Assembly: GCA_964016885.1 (NCBI GenBank)
Contig: OZ024741.1
Span: forward strand, 94,550,001-94,614,000
Direction of reading: 5' to 3'
DNA from: Eledone cirrhosa
Lineage: Eukaryota
DNA length: 64,000 bases
The translations under genes were made by a program, and so were the position numbers. Below, one piece after another: positions 30,001 through 42,700 of this stretch (within the stretch, counting starts at the first letter, position 1; each line of letters starts with the position of its first letter). The notes beneath the pieces were generated by a model. It had not been told where the DNA came from. It saw nothing but the letters and a program-made list of their open reading frames with translations, and made no database searches.

Positions 30001-31429
30001 GAGGGAACAGGACCCAAGGTGGTAAATCAGACTTTGTTAAGTCATGGTGCGCGAAGCCAGTGATCAGTGATCGGTGAGATTTGAACTCAGGGAGTAGAGA
30101 CCCAGAGCGAATACCATAAAGCATTCCATCCGACATCCTAAAAACTCTGACAATTCGCCATTTAATTCCAATTACAGTTAGTCCATTTTTTTTAGAAAAT
30201 AAGACAATATAGTTAGCTGAGTATCTTTCCTTTAAAACCAACTTGTCAACTCTCTTAAGCGCAGTATATTTAGTTCAGCTTACAAGACTTGGATATGATG
30301 AGTACATATAAAAACAGAGGTATATTGAGATCCTGATTTTCAATATCAAAATAGGGCTGGGGTGGGGAAATATTTCAGGGTGCTGCTAATTCATTTATTT
30401 ATTTATCTGTCTGTTTGTCTGACTATACATATATACACACGCCCATGCACACACAAATAAACATATACATATTTTAGGGGAGAGTTCCCCATACACATAG
30501 GGTGGATTAAAAAAACTTCGATGAATAAAAATTATCCTTCACAATTGGCAAAGTGGTTAGAACGTCGGATAGATTTCCTTGTGGTACTTGTTTCAATTCT
30601 TTGTTCTACGTTGAAATCACGCCGAGATGAACTTTGCCTTTATTCTTTCAGGATCGTTAAAAAAAGGTACCAGTTTAGAGACCGTTAGTTAGCGGAATCG
30701 TTAGAACGTCGAAGACAAGACAGCTTGCTAGCACATTGCGTTCTTTCAAGAATAATTCTACATAGGAAGTCAAATACCACCGTTAAACCGGAGAGGTAGA
30801 GGTAGAGAAAATATAGAGACGGGGTAAGATAGAAGCGTAAAGATAGGGATGAGGTATTAGACAAGAGTGATAGACAGGAAAAGAAAGAAATAGAGAGGCA
30901 GAGAATTACAAAAAGAGAGAAGAGAGTAAGATAGGGGTGTAAAGAGATCGATCGAGAGAAAGGTAATGAGGAAGAGGGTAGATAGAGAGAGAAAGAGAGA
31001 GCGAGAGAGAGATAGAAGGAAAGAGAGAAGAGGGTAAGATAGTGACGTAGAGGGAGAAGAAGGGGTGGTCACGTCTCTCATACAGTGGAATAGAAGCCCA
31101 GACACGGTGGGGGTACGTCGAATTCACCACTTTCTCTCCACACTTATCAGGCTCATGAACAAATGTCCCTGAGATTGGAAATATCTCTGACAATATCTTA
31201 CGACGATATATATGTGAATGTGTGTGAGTCTGTGTGTGTGTATATGTGTGTGTGTGTGCGCGCACACGCGTGCGTATGTGTAAGTCAATGTGTGTGTGTG
31301 TCTAGACAGATAGATAGATAAACTAGCAGTAGCACTAACATAGAATGGTTCATAATACCGTATCATATATGCCTTTATATAGAACCCTATTAGTGTACTG
31401 TTTGTGTGTGTGTGTGCGTGTGTGTGTAT

Positions 31430-31944
31430 CAGGGGCGAAGGGTCCATGCATGCAACGCATGCAGTGCATGCGTTATAGAATCTTGAGTTGATCAATTGCG
31501 TCGGTTGAAGCAAGCAGAATTTTGGCTGCTTACTAAATCGTAGACACAAAAAAAGATAACACACACACACACACGACAGCTTTGGGGCAAGCAGAACTTT
31601 GACTGCTTACTAAATCGTAGAAACATAAAAAGATAACACACACACACACACACGATAGCTTTGGGGCAAGCAGAACTTTGACTGCTTACTAAATCGTAGA
31701 CGCATAAAAAGATATCACACATACACACACACGATAGCTTTGGGGCAAGCAGAACTTTGACTGCTTACTAAATCGTAGACACATAAAAAGATAACACACA
31801 CACATACACTAGATAACACTATATGCGGCTTTGACCGGGAGTGTCATTTAGAGGGAATTGACGAGGGGGTAAGGCTCACAGCCCCACTTTCCGCCATGGC
31901 AGTTGGACTGCATGCCCTGCTTTCCAGGTTACCCTTCACCACTG
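31430..31944. mobile_element. hAT-like MITE containing a ~70-bp minisatellite
   Basis: TIRs CAGGGGCGAAGGGT / ACCCTTCACCACTG; about four units of CAAGCAGAACTTTGACTGCTTACTAAATCGTAGA...(CA)n at 31511-31810. Confidence 0.65.
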
Positions 31945-32005
<61 letters not shown>

Positions 32006-32438
32006 CAGACAGATAGATAGATAAACTAACAGTAGCACTAACATAGATTGGTTCATAATACCGTATCCTATTAGTGTACTGTTTGTGTATGTGTGTATGT
32101 ATGTGCGTGTGTGTGTATGTGTATATGTATGTATGTGTATATGCGTGTGTGTGTGTGTCTGTGTGTGTGATTCAGACGTTCGTTTTTTCTTCTTCAATCG
32201 TTTCTCAGTCCAATAGAAAATTATCATCTCCCTTCTTTCTCTTTTTATTTCTCGCTTCTTCATCGTCAGTCATTTCATTTTATTTTCTATCGTCTATCTT
32301 TACCTTTCTCGTTTTCTAAATATTTTCCACTCTCTCTCTCTCTCTCCCTCTCTCCTCTCTCTCTATCTCTCGCTTTTTCTCTCTCTACGCCTCTATCTTA
32401 CCCTACTCACTCTATCTCTACCTCTCTATCTCCTCTTC

Positions 32439-32516
<78 letters not shown>

Positions 32517-32574
32517 CTGTAATAAAATCAAGATGTACGAATAAAACCGTCTCTCTTATTTATTATACACACAC

Positions 32575-32682
<108 letters not shown>

Positions 32683-33077
32683 CTCTGTTTACCTAAGTCT
32701 TTCTCTTTCTAGCTCGCTGCCAATAACGGAAAGAAAGCCATTAGGTCTCTTGACTTTCTTCAATAATCAGTTAAGTAAAGAGTAAAACAATATGATCCAC
32801 ACGAAAACCTCAACAATATAGGCAATGCCACAACTGATATAAGTCAATTGTTGGCTAACAGTAGTTCAATATAAAGTAACATCTGCCTTTCATTGTTAGA
32901 TCATACGGCCATCTTTTATTGATTCTTTCTCCAATCTTATTGTCTCTTCACGGTTTCCTTAACATTCTTTCATTGTAAAAAAAATTCCTTCGTTTCGTTT
33001 CTTTTTCTTTTAGCATTTCTCATTCATTCTTATTCATTCTTCATTTTCTTCTTTTTTATTATTATTATCATTATTAT

Positions 33078-33384
33078 TTCAAATCCCGCCGAGGTTAACT
33101 TTGCCTTTCATCCTTACGGGGTCGATAAAATAAAGTACCAGTAATGCACTGGATAATTTGCTGGCCTTGTGCCAAACGTAGAAACAATTATTATCATTAT
33201 TATTGGCAGTATCGGTAGAACGTCAAACACCATGCTTTGGGGCATAGAGTTATGGCCCTTTATGTTCTGAGTTCAAATCCCGCTGAGATGAGCTTTGCTT
33301 TTCATACTTACGAGGTCGATAAAATAAAGCACCAGTAATGTACTGGGAAATTGCTGGCCATGTGCCAAAAATAGAAACAATTAT
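33078..33384 (+). mobile_element. Two tandem SINE copies (33078-33189 truncated; 33204-33384)
   Basis: Family body and B box; separated by (ATT)n tails. Confidence 0.85.
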
Positions 33385-33603
33385 TATTGTTATTATTGTA
33401 TATCCACTGTAATCGATATTTTGGATGTAGCAATCGAACCTTTGTGTACATGTCTGAGAATTCGTGTATAAGCACAGCGAGAGAGAGAGAGAGAGAGAGA
33501 AATATCACATCACACACAAATATATTTATTTTATGTGTATGTTCGCTTATATAGAGAGATAGATAGGGAGAGGTGGACATATAGTTAGACAGTATGTATA
33601 TAT

Positions 33604-33701
<98 letters not shown>

Positions 33702-33716
33702 GTGTGTGTGTGTGCA

Positions 33717-33749
<33 letters not shown>

Positions 33750-33754
33750 ATCCA

Positions 33755-33889
33755 TCCGGGGTTCGAACAGAGGTAACCACAGTAATTAAGGTACTCAATA
33801 CATAGCAGGGTAAATCATCAGGCAAGCTTTCCTAATGATTTCCTTCGAATGAAATAGTTCTAATCCTGTAGAAGCTATTTCTATATTAA

Positions 33890-33890
<1 letters not shown>
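33755..33890. mobile_element. Fold-back remnant of the PLE pLTR family at 44385-45443, with degenerate HHR (33826-33875, +)
   Basis: GAGGTAACCACAGTAA...GTACTCAATACATAGC inverted against CTAATGATTTCCTTCGAATGAAATAGTTCTAATCCTGTAGAAGC. Confidence 0.7.
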
Positions 33891-33934
<44 letters not shown>

Positions 33935-33940
<6 letters not shown>

Positions 33941-35003
33941 TATTGAAGTTTGCATGAAGCATTGTGGAATAATAAGGTAAATTTCTTTAAGTCGTTTGGA
34001 AGCCTCGACAATGCAGATTGGTAAATCTCCGGGTAACAAGATCCGGTGGTGGAGAGAGAGATGTAAGTGGGTGTACGTTGAGATGCGTGGCGTGTATAAG
34101 ACTGTAACGTGTAGAGGAATGAAGGAAAGAGCGTAAAGGATAAAAATAAAAATAACAACACGAGAAAGAGTTACTTGGGAGAGATTTAATTGTCCCTATA
34201 TATTTTGGATTCACATCCTTCAACTGGGTTTTTTTCCGGGGGGGGGGGGGGGGGGTTGTCTGTCGGAAAGGTGCGAAACGTGTCCTCCGCTGTTCGTTGT
34301 TTTGAATATCTGAGGTATTCAGCAGAGCGCGCGTGCGCGTGAAATGGGGTCGGTCAGGCAGAGGTCAGCGGCCGAAGTAGTTCTTTCAATTGTGGGAGTG
34401 GGGTGACGCTAGCTGTCAGTCCATTCTGTGCCTGTTTGGTGAATGTTACTGTGTGTGTGCGTGTGTGTGCGTGTGTTGTTGTCTCGCTTGAGTGTGTGTG
34501 TGTGCGTGTGTTATTGCCTTGTTCCTCTGTATTGGCAGTGTAGTATGTTCGTATGGCGGAATGCTACTGTGTGTGTGTGTGTGCGTGTGTTGCTGTCTCG
34601 CTTGTGTGTGTGTGTGTGCGTGTGTTGCTGCATCGTTTGTTAACTTAAACCAACCACCTCATTTCGCTTCTCTCGGATCGGTTGTTTAATAGTGGCCCTA
34701 GGCGTTTGATCCAAAGTGCTTCCTTGATACGTAACGTGCCGACGTTTCTTTCTGTCGCTAGAATTGTGACAATGGGCCTTCCGTCTTTGTTTCCGCTTTT
34801 GGCTATGTGTTTCTGGAAAGACGAGGCCCTAGTTTTAGTGTGTTCCTTGATCCGGATGTACAACGGCCGGATTGTGCTGCCTATATAGCACAATACACGC
34901 CACGCATCTCAACGTACACCCACTTACATCTCTCTCTCCACCACGGGATATTGTTACCCGGAGATTTACCCATCTGCATTGTCGATGCTTCCAAACGACT
35001 TAA

Positions 35004-35005
<2 letters not shown>
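33935..35005 (-). mobile_element. 5'-truncated PLE (GIY-YIG fragment plus 3' UTR) with inverted terminal arm
   Basis: YIGSTIRPLYIRIKEH...LRIKEALWIKRLGPLLN (34645-34893); 34893-35003 is an inverted copy of 33987-34097. Confidence 0.82.
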
Positions 35006-35097
<92 letters not shown>

Positions 35098-35175
35098 TCA
35101 CCTGATTAATGAAACAATTGTTAATACTCTAAATAAACCCTTTTTGTACAGCCGACCATGTTATTCTTTATTCTT

Positions 35176-35217
<42 letters not shown>

Positions 35218-35218
<1 letters not shown>

Positions 35219-36028
35219 TAGCAGCAGTACCCCGCGTTGCCTGGGTAGGTAAAATAATATCTGCTTTGATGAAAAGGTGTTGATCTTAGTGACTGCTTCT
35301 CGATGACTCATCTATGGCCACACACAAGCCATGCGGGAGAGGGTGATGATGACCTCTATCACTGAGAAATGCGGATGACTGGCAAAGGGGCATGCTGGGG
35401 GTGGGAGTTTCGAATTTGAACGAAATCGGTTGAAAAATGTGGGAGCGTGAACCGAAAAGGGGAAATTTGAGCGAAAAGGTGGTATTTTCGAATGTTTAAG
35501 CGGCTGCCACGCCGTTCCCGAACAAAAGATCCAAAATGTAAAGCCACTTTAAGACGTGAAATAATCAAATCTAGCGTAGTGTAAAATTTGAATAAGGTAG
35601 GTTGATTAATGTGGGAGCTAGAGCCGAAAAAGTGGAAATTTGAGTCTAAAAGTGGTATTTTTGAATATTTAAGCGGCTGCCACGCCGTCCCTGAACAACA
35701 AATGCAAAATATAAAGCCATTACAGGATGTGCAATGATAAATTCTATTTTGCTTTAAAATTTGAACGAAATCAGTGGCAAAATGTGAGAGCTAGACTCAA
35801 AAATCTTATTTTTCGATACCTAAAAAAAGGTGACACCCCCCCTATCGATTTTTATCTGCAGAATGACCCCGGGATAAAAAAAAAAAACGATACGCTGATA
35901 TATAGAAAACACTCCCCGATGACTAATCTATGAGCCTGTAAAGTTTCAGGAAAATCGGTCGTAAGATGTAGGCCCCTATAGGTAATACACAGACACACAC
36001 ACACACACACACTTAATGTATATACAGA
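35218..36028 (-). mobile_element. Non-autonomous Helitron
   Basis: On the minus strand: 5' TCTGTATATAC, 3' hairpin CCCAGGCAACGCGGG then TACTGCTGCTAG; inserted between A and T; internal ~175-bp tandem duplication. Confidence 0.82.
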
Positions 36029-36064
36029 TGTATATATATATATAGAGAGAGAGAGAGATACATA

Positions 36065-36242
36065 GATAGATGAGATTCTACAGGACTAGAATTGTTTCAT
36101 TCTTTAGAAATCATCAGGAATTTCTAAAGAATGAAACAGTTCTAGTCCTGTAGAATCTCATCTATATTAAAACTTTTATACTCTGCTATGTATTGAGTAC
36201 CTTACTTACTGTGGTTACCTCCGATTCAACCCCGGAATAACG
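36065..36242. mobile_element. Fold-back pLTR remnant centred on a hammerhead (complete motif 36075-36121, -)
   Basis: Minus strand ATTC-CTGATGA-TTTCTAAAGAAT-GAAA-CAATTCTAGTCCTG-TA-GAAT; plus arm matches 45318-45438. Confidence 0.82.
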
Positions 36243-36274
<32 letters not shown>

Positions 36275-36478
36275 GATAAATCTACCAAGAGTTTACGGTA
36301 GTGTCCAATCCGTATGAAGAACTCAATGTATTCCGGATATCATGGAAAGAAGAAATGTAATGAAAAATCACTTTCGGTGAAAGATAAACGGTATACAGAG
36401 TCAAGATAAAATATTAAACAAATAATGAATAAACAATTCCTTATATTAAACAAAAAAAGTTCATTATTTAACGATCGT

Positions 36479-36521
<43 letters not shown>

Positions 36522-36636
36522 AAAAACATTGATATAATTCAATTCATTACCCAGCGTGCATTTTCCAGACAGGAGTGACGGAGTATTTTTAGAATAAGGA
36601 AATACAAAGTTTAGATGATAGTCCTTTATTGATAAG

Positions 36637-36714
36637 GCCGTGATACATATTTCGAGAACGACATTGGTTACGCAATTCGGCGTAGAAGCCACTGCTATGC
36701 CCTCATCAGACAGC
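36637..36714 (-). ncRNA. Type I hammerhead with long stem II
   Basis: GCTGT-CTGATGA-GGG...TACGC CGAATT GCGTA...CTC-GAAA-TATGTA-TC-ACGGC, then AATAAA; 5'-clipped inverted copy at 36786-36900. Confidence 0.82.
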
Positions 36715-36898
36715 GTCTTACGTAATAAAATTACAATCAAGGAAGTTATCCAAAAATTGAAGTGACAAGGGAACGGACAAACAACGATGAGGGCATAGCA
36801 GTGGCTTCTACGCCGGATTGCGTAACCAATGTCGTCCTCGAAATATGTATCACCGCCTTATCAATAACGGACTTTATCATCTTAACTTTGTATTTCCT

Positions 36899-36936
<38 letters not shown>

Positions 36937-37188
36937 ATAAATTATGGAGATTCGCATTTCGGCCCACGAAATAACGAAAAACAACCTCCGAGATGTGCGG
37001 CAAGTGCTCAATGATTCAGATGAACCAGAGCTATAACAAACGTTAAAGGCCAAACACACTGAGACGATGGTTAAGCAATCATTCGCATAGCCAAAAAAAC
37101 GATCAAGTAATTCGGGTATTGAAAATTTACCTGGACCCCTGGAAGGTTGGTAAAATCCAGTATATGGGTTTCTGCGGCTCCTAAATCA

Positions 37189-37229
<41 letters not shown>

Positions 37230-37316
37230 TAAGCGCCCTCGTGGTTCCATTTAATTGAAAGTAGAGTGAGATAGTGAGATATGTTTACCATGAGGCAAGA
37301 TATTTGACTAAAATAT

Positions 37317-37378
<62 letters not shown>

Positions 37379-37380
37379 TC

Positions 37381-37501
<121 letters not shown>

Positions 37502-37514
37502 ATAAATATGTTAT

Positions 37515-37990
37515 GTCAGGTCACCAGTTGGTGCTACTGGTAACATGTATCCCAGTACAACCTGTCCCATGGTCGGGTCGTTGGCGACTAAACTGGCAAC
37601 CCCACCAAGGTTTCTTGGTGAGGAGGGTGACTTTGGACATCCTGCAGGACTAAAAACAAAACCTGTCAAAGAGCAAAGGAGCTCTTAAGAGTCAATGGCC
37701 ATCCAAAATCACCGGGAGAGATGACCTCTTAGCCTTTGTCAAGGCAGAATTCTAGGAGAAGGAAAACTCTGATATAACACCTGAAACCCTGATGGTATCC
37801 AATGATGTTGACTTGTTCTTCATTTTGGTAAATATCATCTTGGTTAACAGAGTGGGACTGGCTTTGTGCAGTGCCTTTGCTCACTATAAAAGCTTCACGG
37901 CACAGGCATTGCTTTATATCTGGAGATCTCTCTGCACTTATCGTCACATGGTACCATGGGCCCAGCACTATGTGTCAATAATTGTCACAA
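37515..37990 (+). mobile_element. RTE-related 5' UTR/SINE-like element
   Basis: Joins, in one copy, the head found at 12652-12838 and the body found at 11884-12225. Confidence 0.6.
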
Positions 37991-38178
37991 GTGTAGTGTT
38001 TGTACCAGAGTTTTCAAGTCGCTGGCTGAACTAAAAAGTCACACTCGTTCAGCGCATCGGTAGGGGTTCTCCTACATGGATATAAAGTAGTGGCCGTACT
38101 CGAAAACAAGTTGACAGCCACCATATAAACATGAAGTATAAGTCAACAGGTTAAAATTAACTTTGTTTATTTATAGTC

Positions 38179-38237
38179 GCTGTTATATATATTTTGATGA
38201 TAACTGTTATGCAACAGCTATGACCTCATCAGGCAGC
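38179..38237 (-). ncRNA. Hammerhead of the 25572 family, G12A mutated
   Basis: GCTGC-CTGATGA-GGTCATAGCTGTTGCATAACAGTTATCATC-AAAA-TATATA-TA-ACAGC; stem II differs from the 25572 copy but keeps pairing. Confidence 0.72.
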
Positions 38238-38436
38238 TAGAATTTGAACAGAAAAAAAGACAGAAAACTATAAAGCTGAAATAAAGCTTACTTTTGTGAT
38301 TTAGATTCCCTGATATGTTCCGGGCTGAATTTTGGTGTTGCTTTCTCAAGGCCCCGGTAGCATATATGTATATTCAGGACCCAGCATTCGAAAGTTATAG
38401 TCGACCTCAGAGGCAGTATGTAAAAGTTTGCACTGA

Positions 38437-38865
38437 GATAAGGACTTCTGATTTAGGCACAAGGCCAACAATTTTGGGAGAGGGAAAACTGATTAAATCG
38501 ATCCCAGTGTGTATTTTATCGACCCCCTTAACGATGAAAGGTAAAACTAACCTCGATGGGATTTGAACGTAAAGAACCGTAACTATATGCAGCAAAGCCT
38601 GTTGTCCGATGTTCTACCGATACTGCCAATCCACCACCTTCTTTGCACTGAAATAATGGTTTCTGATATAGGCACAAGGCCAGCAAATTTTGGGGGCAGG
38701 GAAAGTCGATTAAATCGAGTCCAGTGCGTGACAGGTACTTTATTTTATCGACCCCCGTAAGGATGAAATGCAAAGTTAACCTCGGTGGGATTTGAACTCA
38801 GATCATAAAGGGCCGTAACTCTATGCGGCAAAGAATGACATCCGACCCTCTACTGCCAATCCACA
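38437..38865 (-). mobile_element. Two tandem SINE copies
   Basis: Family body twice; TTTGCACTGA(G/A)ATAA occurs before, between and after them. Confidence 0.87.
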
Positions 38866-40842
38866 GCTAGTTTGCACTGAAATAACAAAAGAAATGAAAT
38901 TGAAATTATATTGTTAAAAATTAGGCCATGTGTGATTTTCACCTATGTCAACTTTATTATGAGAACGATGAATAGCTCAGATGAATGCCCTATTGCTGAT
39001 TTCTTTTGGTACATTATATGACTAAGCACTTGACTGAATACACAATGTCTGCTTTCATAATGTACTGAATTCCGATGATTAATATAAACTCAGTGTATAC
39101 AATTCAAAGTCTCTTTAATTCGCATCATAAAGATAAAGTAAGTTTCGGGGCGAATCAAACTCATAACTTTAAGTGTGTGCGCATAAATTATGAACGAAGA
39201 AAATCTATAACTACTCAGTATGGGGGAATTGGACAACTTGCCATTGAAGTTTTTGGCCAGACGCTCTAACAAACTGAGTTTAACGCTCCTTTGTTTTAAA
39301 ATTAAATCAATGAAAACCGAGAATCAAAATTCAAAAGGATCTCATAAATATATATCTGTAGTTATTTGACTGATAACTCGAGCTATCTGCTTTTATGTAT
39401 AAGGTGAAGCCTATGATTTCAAACTGCACAATTTTCTTTGAAAATTGTCGTGTTAAAGTCATATCTGTGGTAAGAAGAGTTTTCTTTAACAGACCATTTA
39501 AAAAAATATGTTTTTTAATAAGTTGGTCAGTAATTTAGAATAAGGTATGCGAAGCTGGCCCCGTCAGTTAGAATGGTTGTTCCAACGCGTCTCCCTCGCC
39601 ATCCTCCGAGACAACGTTTTCGCCATTCTTTCCACTGGGACGACGAGACAGCCTGCGACTGGACTCCCATACACCAAAGAACGCTCCCCAACACCGTCCG
39701 AGTCCGTATTATTGGGGTAGCAATGTTTGAGCTTACTTTTAGGTCTTTATATATGGTTTATGTTCCATCTAGTTTCAGTTGATAAACTCAATAACTATAT
39801 TTGTGACCTTAAAAAAAACAACTGATTCTTTCAAACACAAAATCTATTTATATACTTCAAAATCAAATGCAAAAAACGTAAACACTCATTTTCTGATTTA
39901 AAAAAAAATTAGTTATTTATTAAATTTCAAAAACAAACGAATTTAGATATATTTTCAAATCACATAACAAAAAAACTCGTCCTCTCTAGAAGACAATCTC
40001 ATGATTTATAAATATTTAACTTAATTAATAAATAAAAGAAAAAGGGGTATGATAATATCACGGGCTGACCTACAAGGAGATGGAACCACCATGACATTTG
40101 CCTTATTAGATAGAATCGCTCTAAAAATACTGTACTAACAACCAGTAACTATTCGGCCAAAATTTGTTGTGGGAGTGAGGTCGCTTAACTCAGTACTTGC
40201 CTGATGCTGTATTTTACCGATCCCAGAAAGAAAGGTTAAGCTGACCTCGTCAGGATTTGAAACCAGAACGTAGAGGGTTGTAACAAAATACTACAGTGTA
40301 TCTCAATTGATCTCGTCTTTAGAATAAATATGAAACTTAATTGAATTGAACGAATGTAGTGATATACAGGAAGGGGGCAGATATTTTTACTGATGGCCTA
40401 AAGTGTTTCTTTTTATATATATATACAATCTTCGATTATAACGAAACGAAACAACAACAATGTGCTATATAAAATATAGGATCGGAACTTCTAACCTAGA
40501 AGCATGCACTTACTTTAAAAGCGAAACAAATAAAGTTAAAATGGTTAAATAACCTGTAAACCAGCGTATGCATTGAACATATGATAATCGGATAAAGCCC
40601 GAAGCGGTAATCATCTAATATAGATTAGATTCTAATCTATATTACTTCTGTCTTCTTTAATTTCATATATGACGTATGTATGAAATTAAAGAAGACAGAG
40701 TCCTGGTGGACTCGTAAGGGTGCCGCCATAGTTTCCTTGACACTTTAAACCTGACGGAGCCCATTTCTCTCCAGGTCTGAACACAGCCGATTTGTTCCAT
40801 ATAAATACATATATATACATATATATATATATATATACATCT

Positions 40843-40906
<64 letters not shown>

Positions 40907-42208
40907 ATGGAAAAAATGAAATTTCATTTCTCACTCTTAGTACGGCTGATACCTAAATATAAGTATGTATATGTGCATACATATATGTATACAGACGTAC
41001 AGCTTTATATGTGCATGTATGTATATACATACATGCACATATAAAGCGATGAAATACCAATGAAGGCTGGAAGATCACTGATGAAGAACTAAATTTATTC
41101 ATATGTAACTCATTTGCAACCAGGCAGCACGCCATGTTTTCATATTTTTCATATATATATATATTGGAAAATGTGTGAGATCCTTGGTACAGTTAGGTAT
41201 ATTTGAAAAAAAAGGCAAAGAATGACTTCACTTGTAGTTCTAAACAATTTGATTTAATTTTATAATATTATAATATTATGAGTTGGTAGATCGAGTAAGT
41301 TCTTTATTAACTTCGGTGGGAAGATTTTTAAAGATTCCTGGTTAACTTTCCTGGAGAACTTTCTCGCATTCGTCGGTGGCGATTGTCAAACTGAGATCAG
41401 GTTGTGTTGTGATGTGTGACTATATATAAAAGAGATTTGGATGTGTCTGAGGGGTGGAGTGGGGTGCTGTGTTAATGAGTGTAGGAGTGTAGGAGTGTTG
41501 ATGAAGATTTAAAGGAATTAAAGCATACACACACACACACACATATATATACACAGAATATGGTTAATGTTGACAGCAAGATAATTGGATGGTAGTGCTG
41601 TTGTGGGTTTTTTAAAGAGTGTTTAAGAAAGGGGCTGTAAAAGTGCCCTCCTGCTGGTTCTATTTCAATAAATGACCTTCGATGAATATAATGGTGGGAT
41701 GTTTTTCAAATTCGTTTCTTATAGCTGAATCAACTCTCTTAAATTTATAAAGAATATCTTCAACAATTTTCTATATTAAAGATGAATTTAGGTGAGCATC
41801 GGGTGGTGGTGGTGGTGGTGTAAGATACATCTTTTGATAAAAATGGTATGACAGCAAAGAGAAAAATAAGGATAGTTTGGGAATATTTGTCAGAAATGTT
41901 TGTTTTTGATATTGGTTTGGGAGGGGAAGTGTGGGGGGGGGGGCATGCTAGCTTACATATTCACTTCCCTATATGTAAATATACTTACAGCCCATATGTA
42001 TTACATACATACACACACACACACACACACGCACACACATACGCACATATATATACACACATATATATATACACACATACACACACACGTATATATACAT
42101 ACATATGTATACATATATATATATACATATATATATATACACCTACATATCTACACACACATACACACACCTACACATGTATGTACATACATACATACAC
42201 ATACATAT

Positions 42209-42279
<71 letters not shown>

Positions 42280-42281
<2 letters not shown>

Positions 42282-42700
42282 AATGGAAAAAATGAAATTT
42301 CATTTCTCACTCTTAGTACGTCTGATACCTAAATATAAGTATGTATATGTGCATATATGTATACAGACGTACAGTAGTATGTATATTTATATACATACAT
42401 GAACACACATATATATATATGTACGTATGGATTTACCGAACATTTATTATAATGTTCGGTTTGTTTGTAAACAAACAGCCCGAATTAAGCCGTACAGTGT
42501 TCGGTAACCATCGTTGCTCTTTTCTTCAAACTGACAAAGGAACGATGAACTAGTTTCTAGCTTATTAGCTGTCATCAGCACCGTATACCTTCCTGTCAGT
42601 CGATTGAACGTTTGAACGTTTCCTTATGCATATTAACGGCTGAGCAGCCTAATTTGCATATCGAGTGAGTTAGTCGGCCGATCGTACCGAAAACGATAAA
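42280..42700 (-). mobile_element. HHR-bearing repeat (5787 family); hammerhead at 42542-42584
   Basis: ACGGTG-CTGATGA-CAGCTAATAAGCTA-GAAA-CTAG-TT-CATCGT; truncates the adjacent PLE RT. Confidence 0.8.

Noticed and set aside
31511-31810. CRISPR-like array
   Set aside because: Eukaryotic context; intervening parts are (CA)n-containing and not unique spacers; no cas genes.
41077-41110. CTGATGA near the 40905 repeat
   Set aside because: No downstream stem II-GAAA-UH arrangement.
42596-42700. C-terminal 35 aa of the 346-aa RT ORF
   Set aside because: Read-through into an unrelated HHR repeat; not part of the PLE protein.
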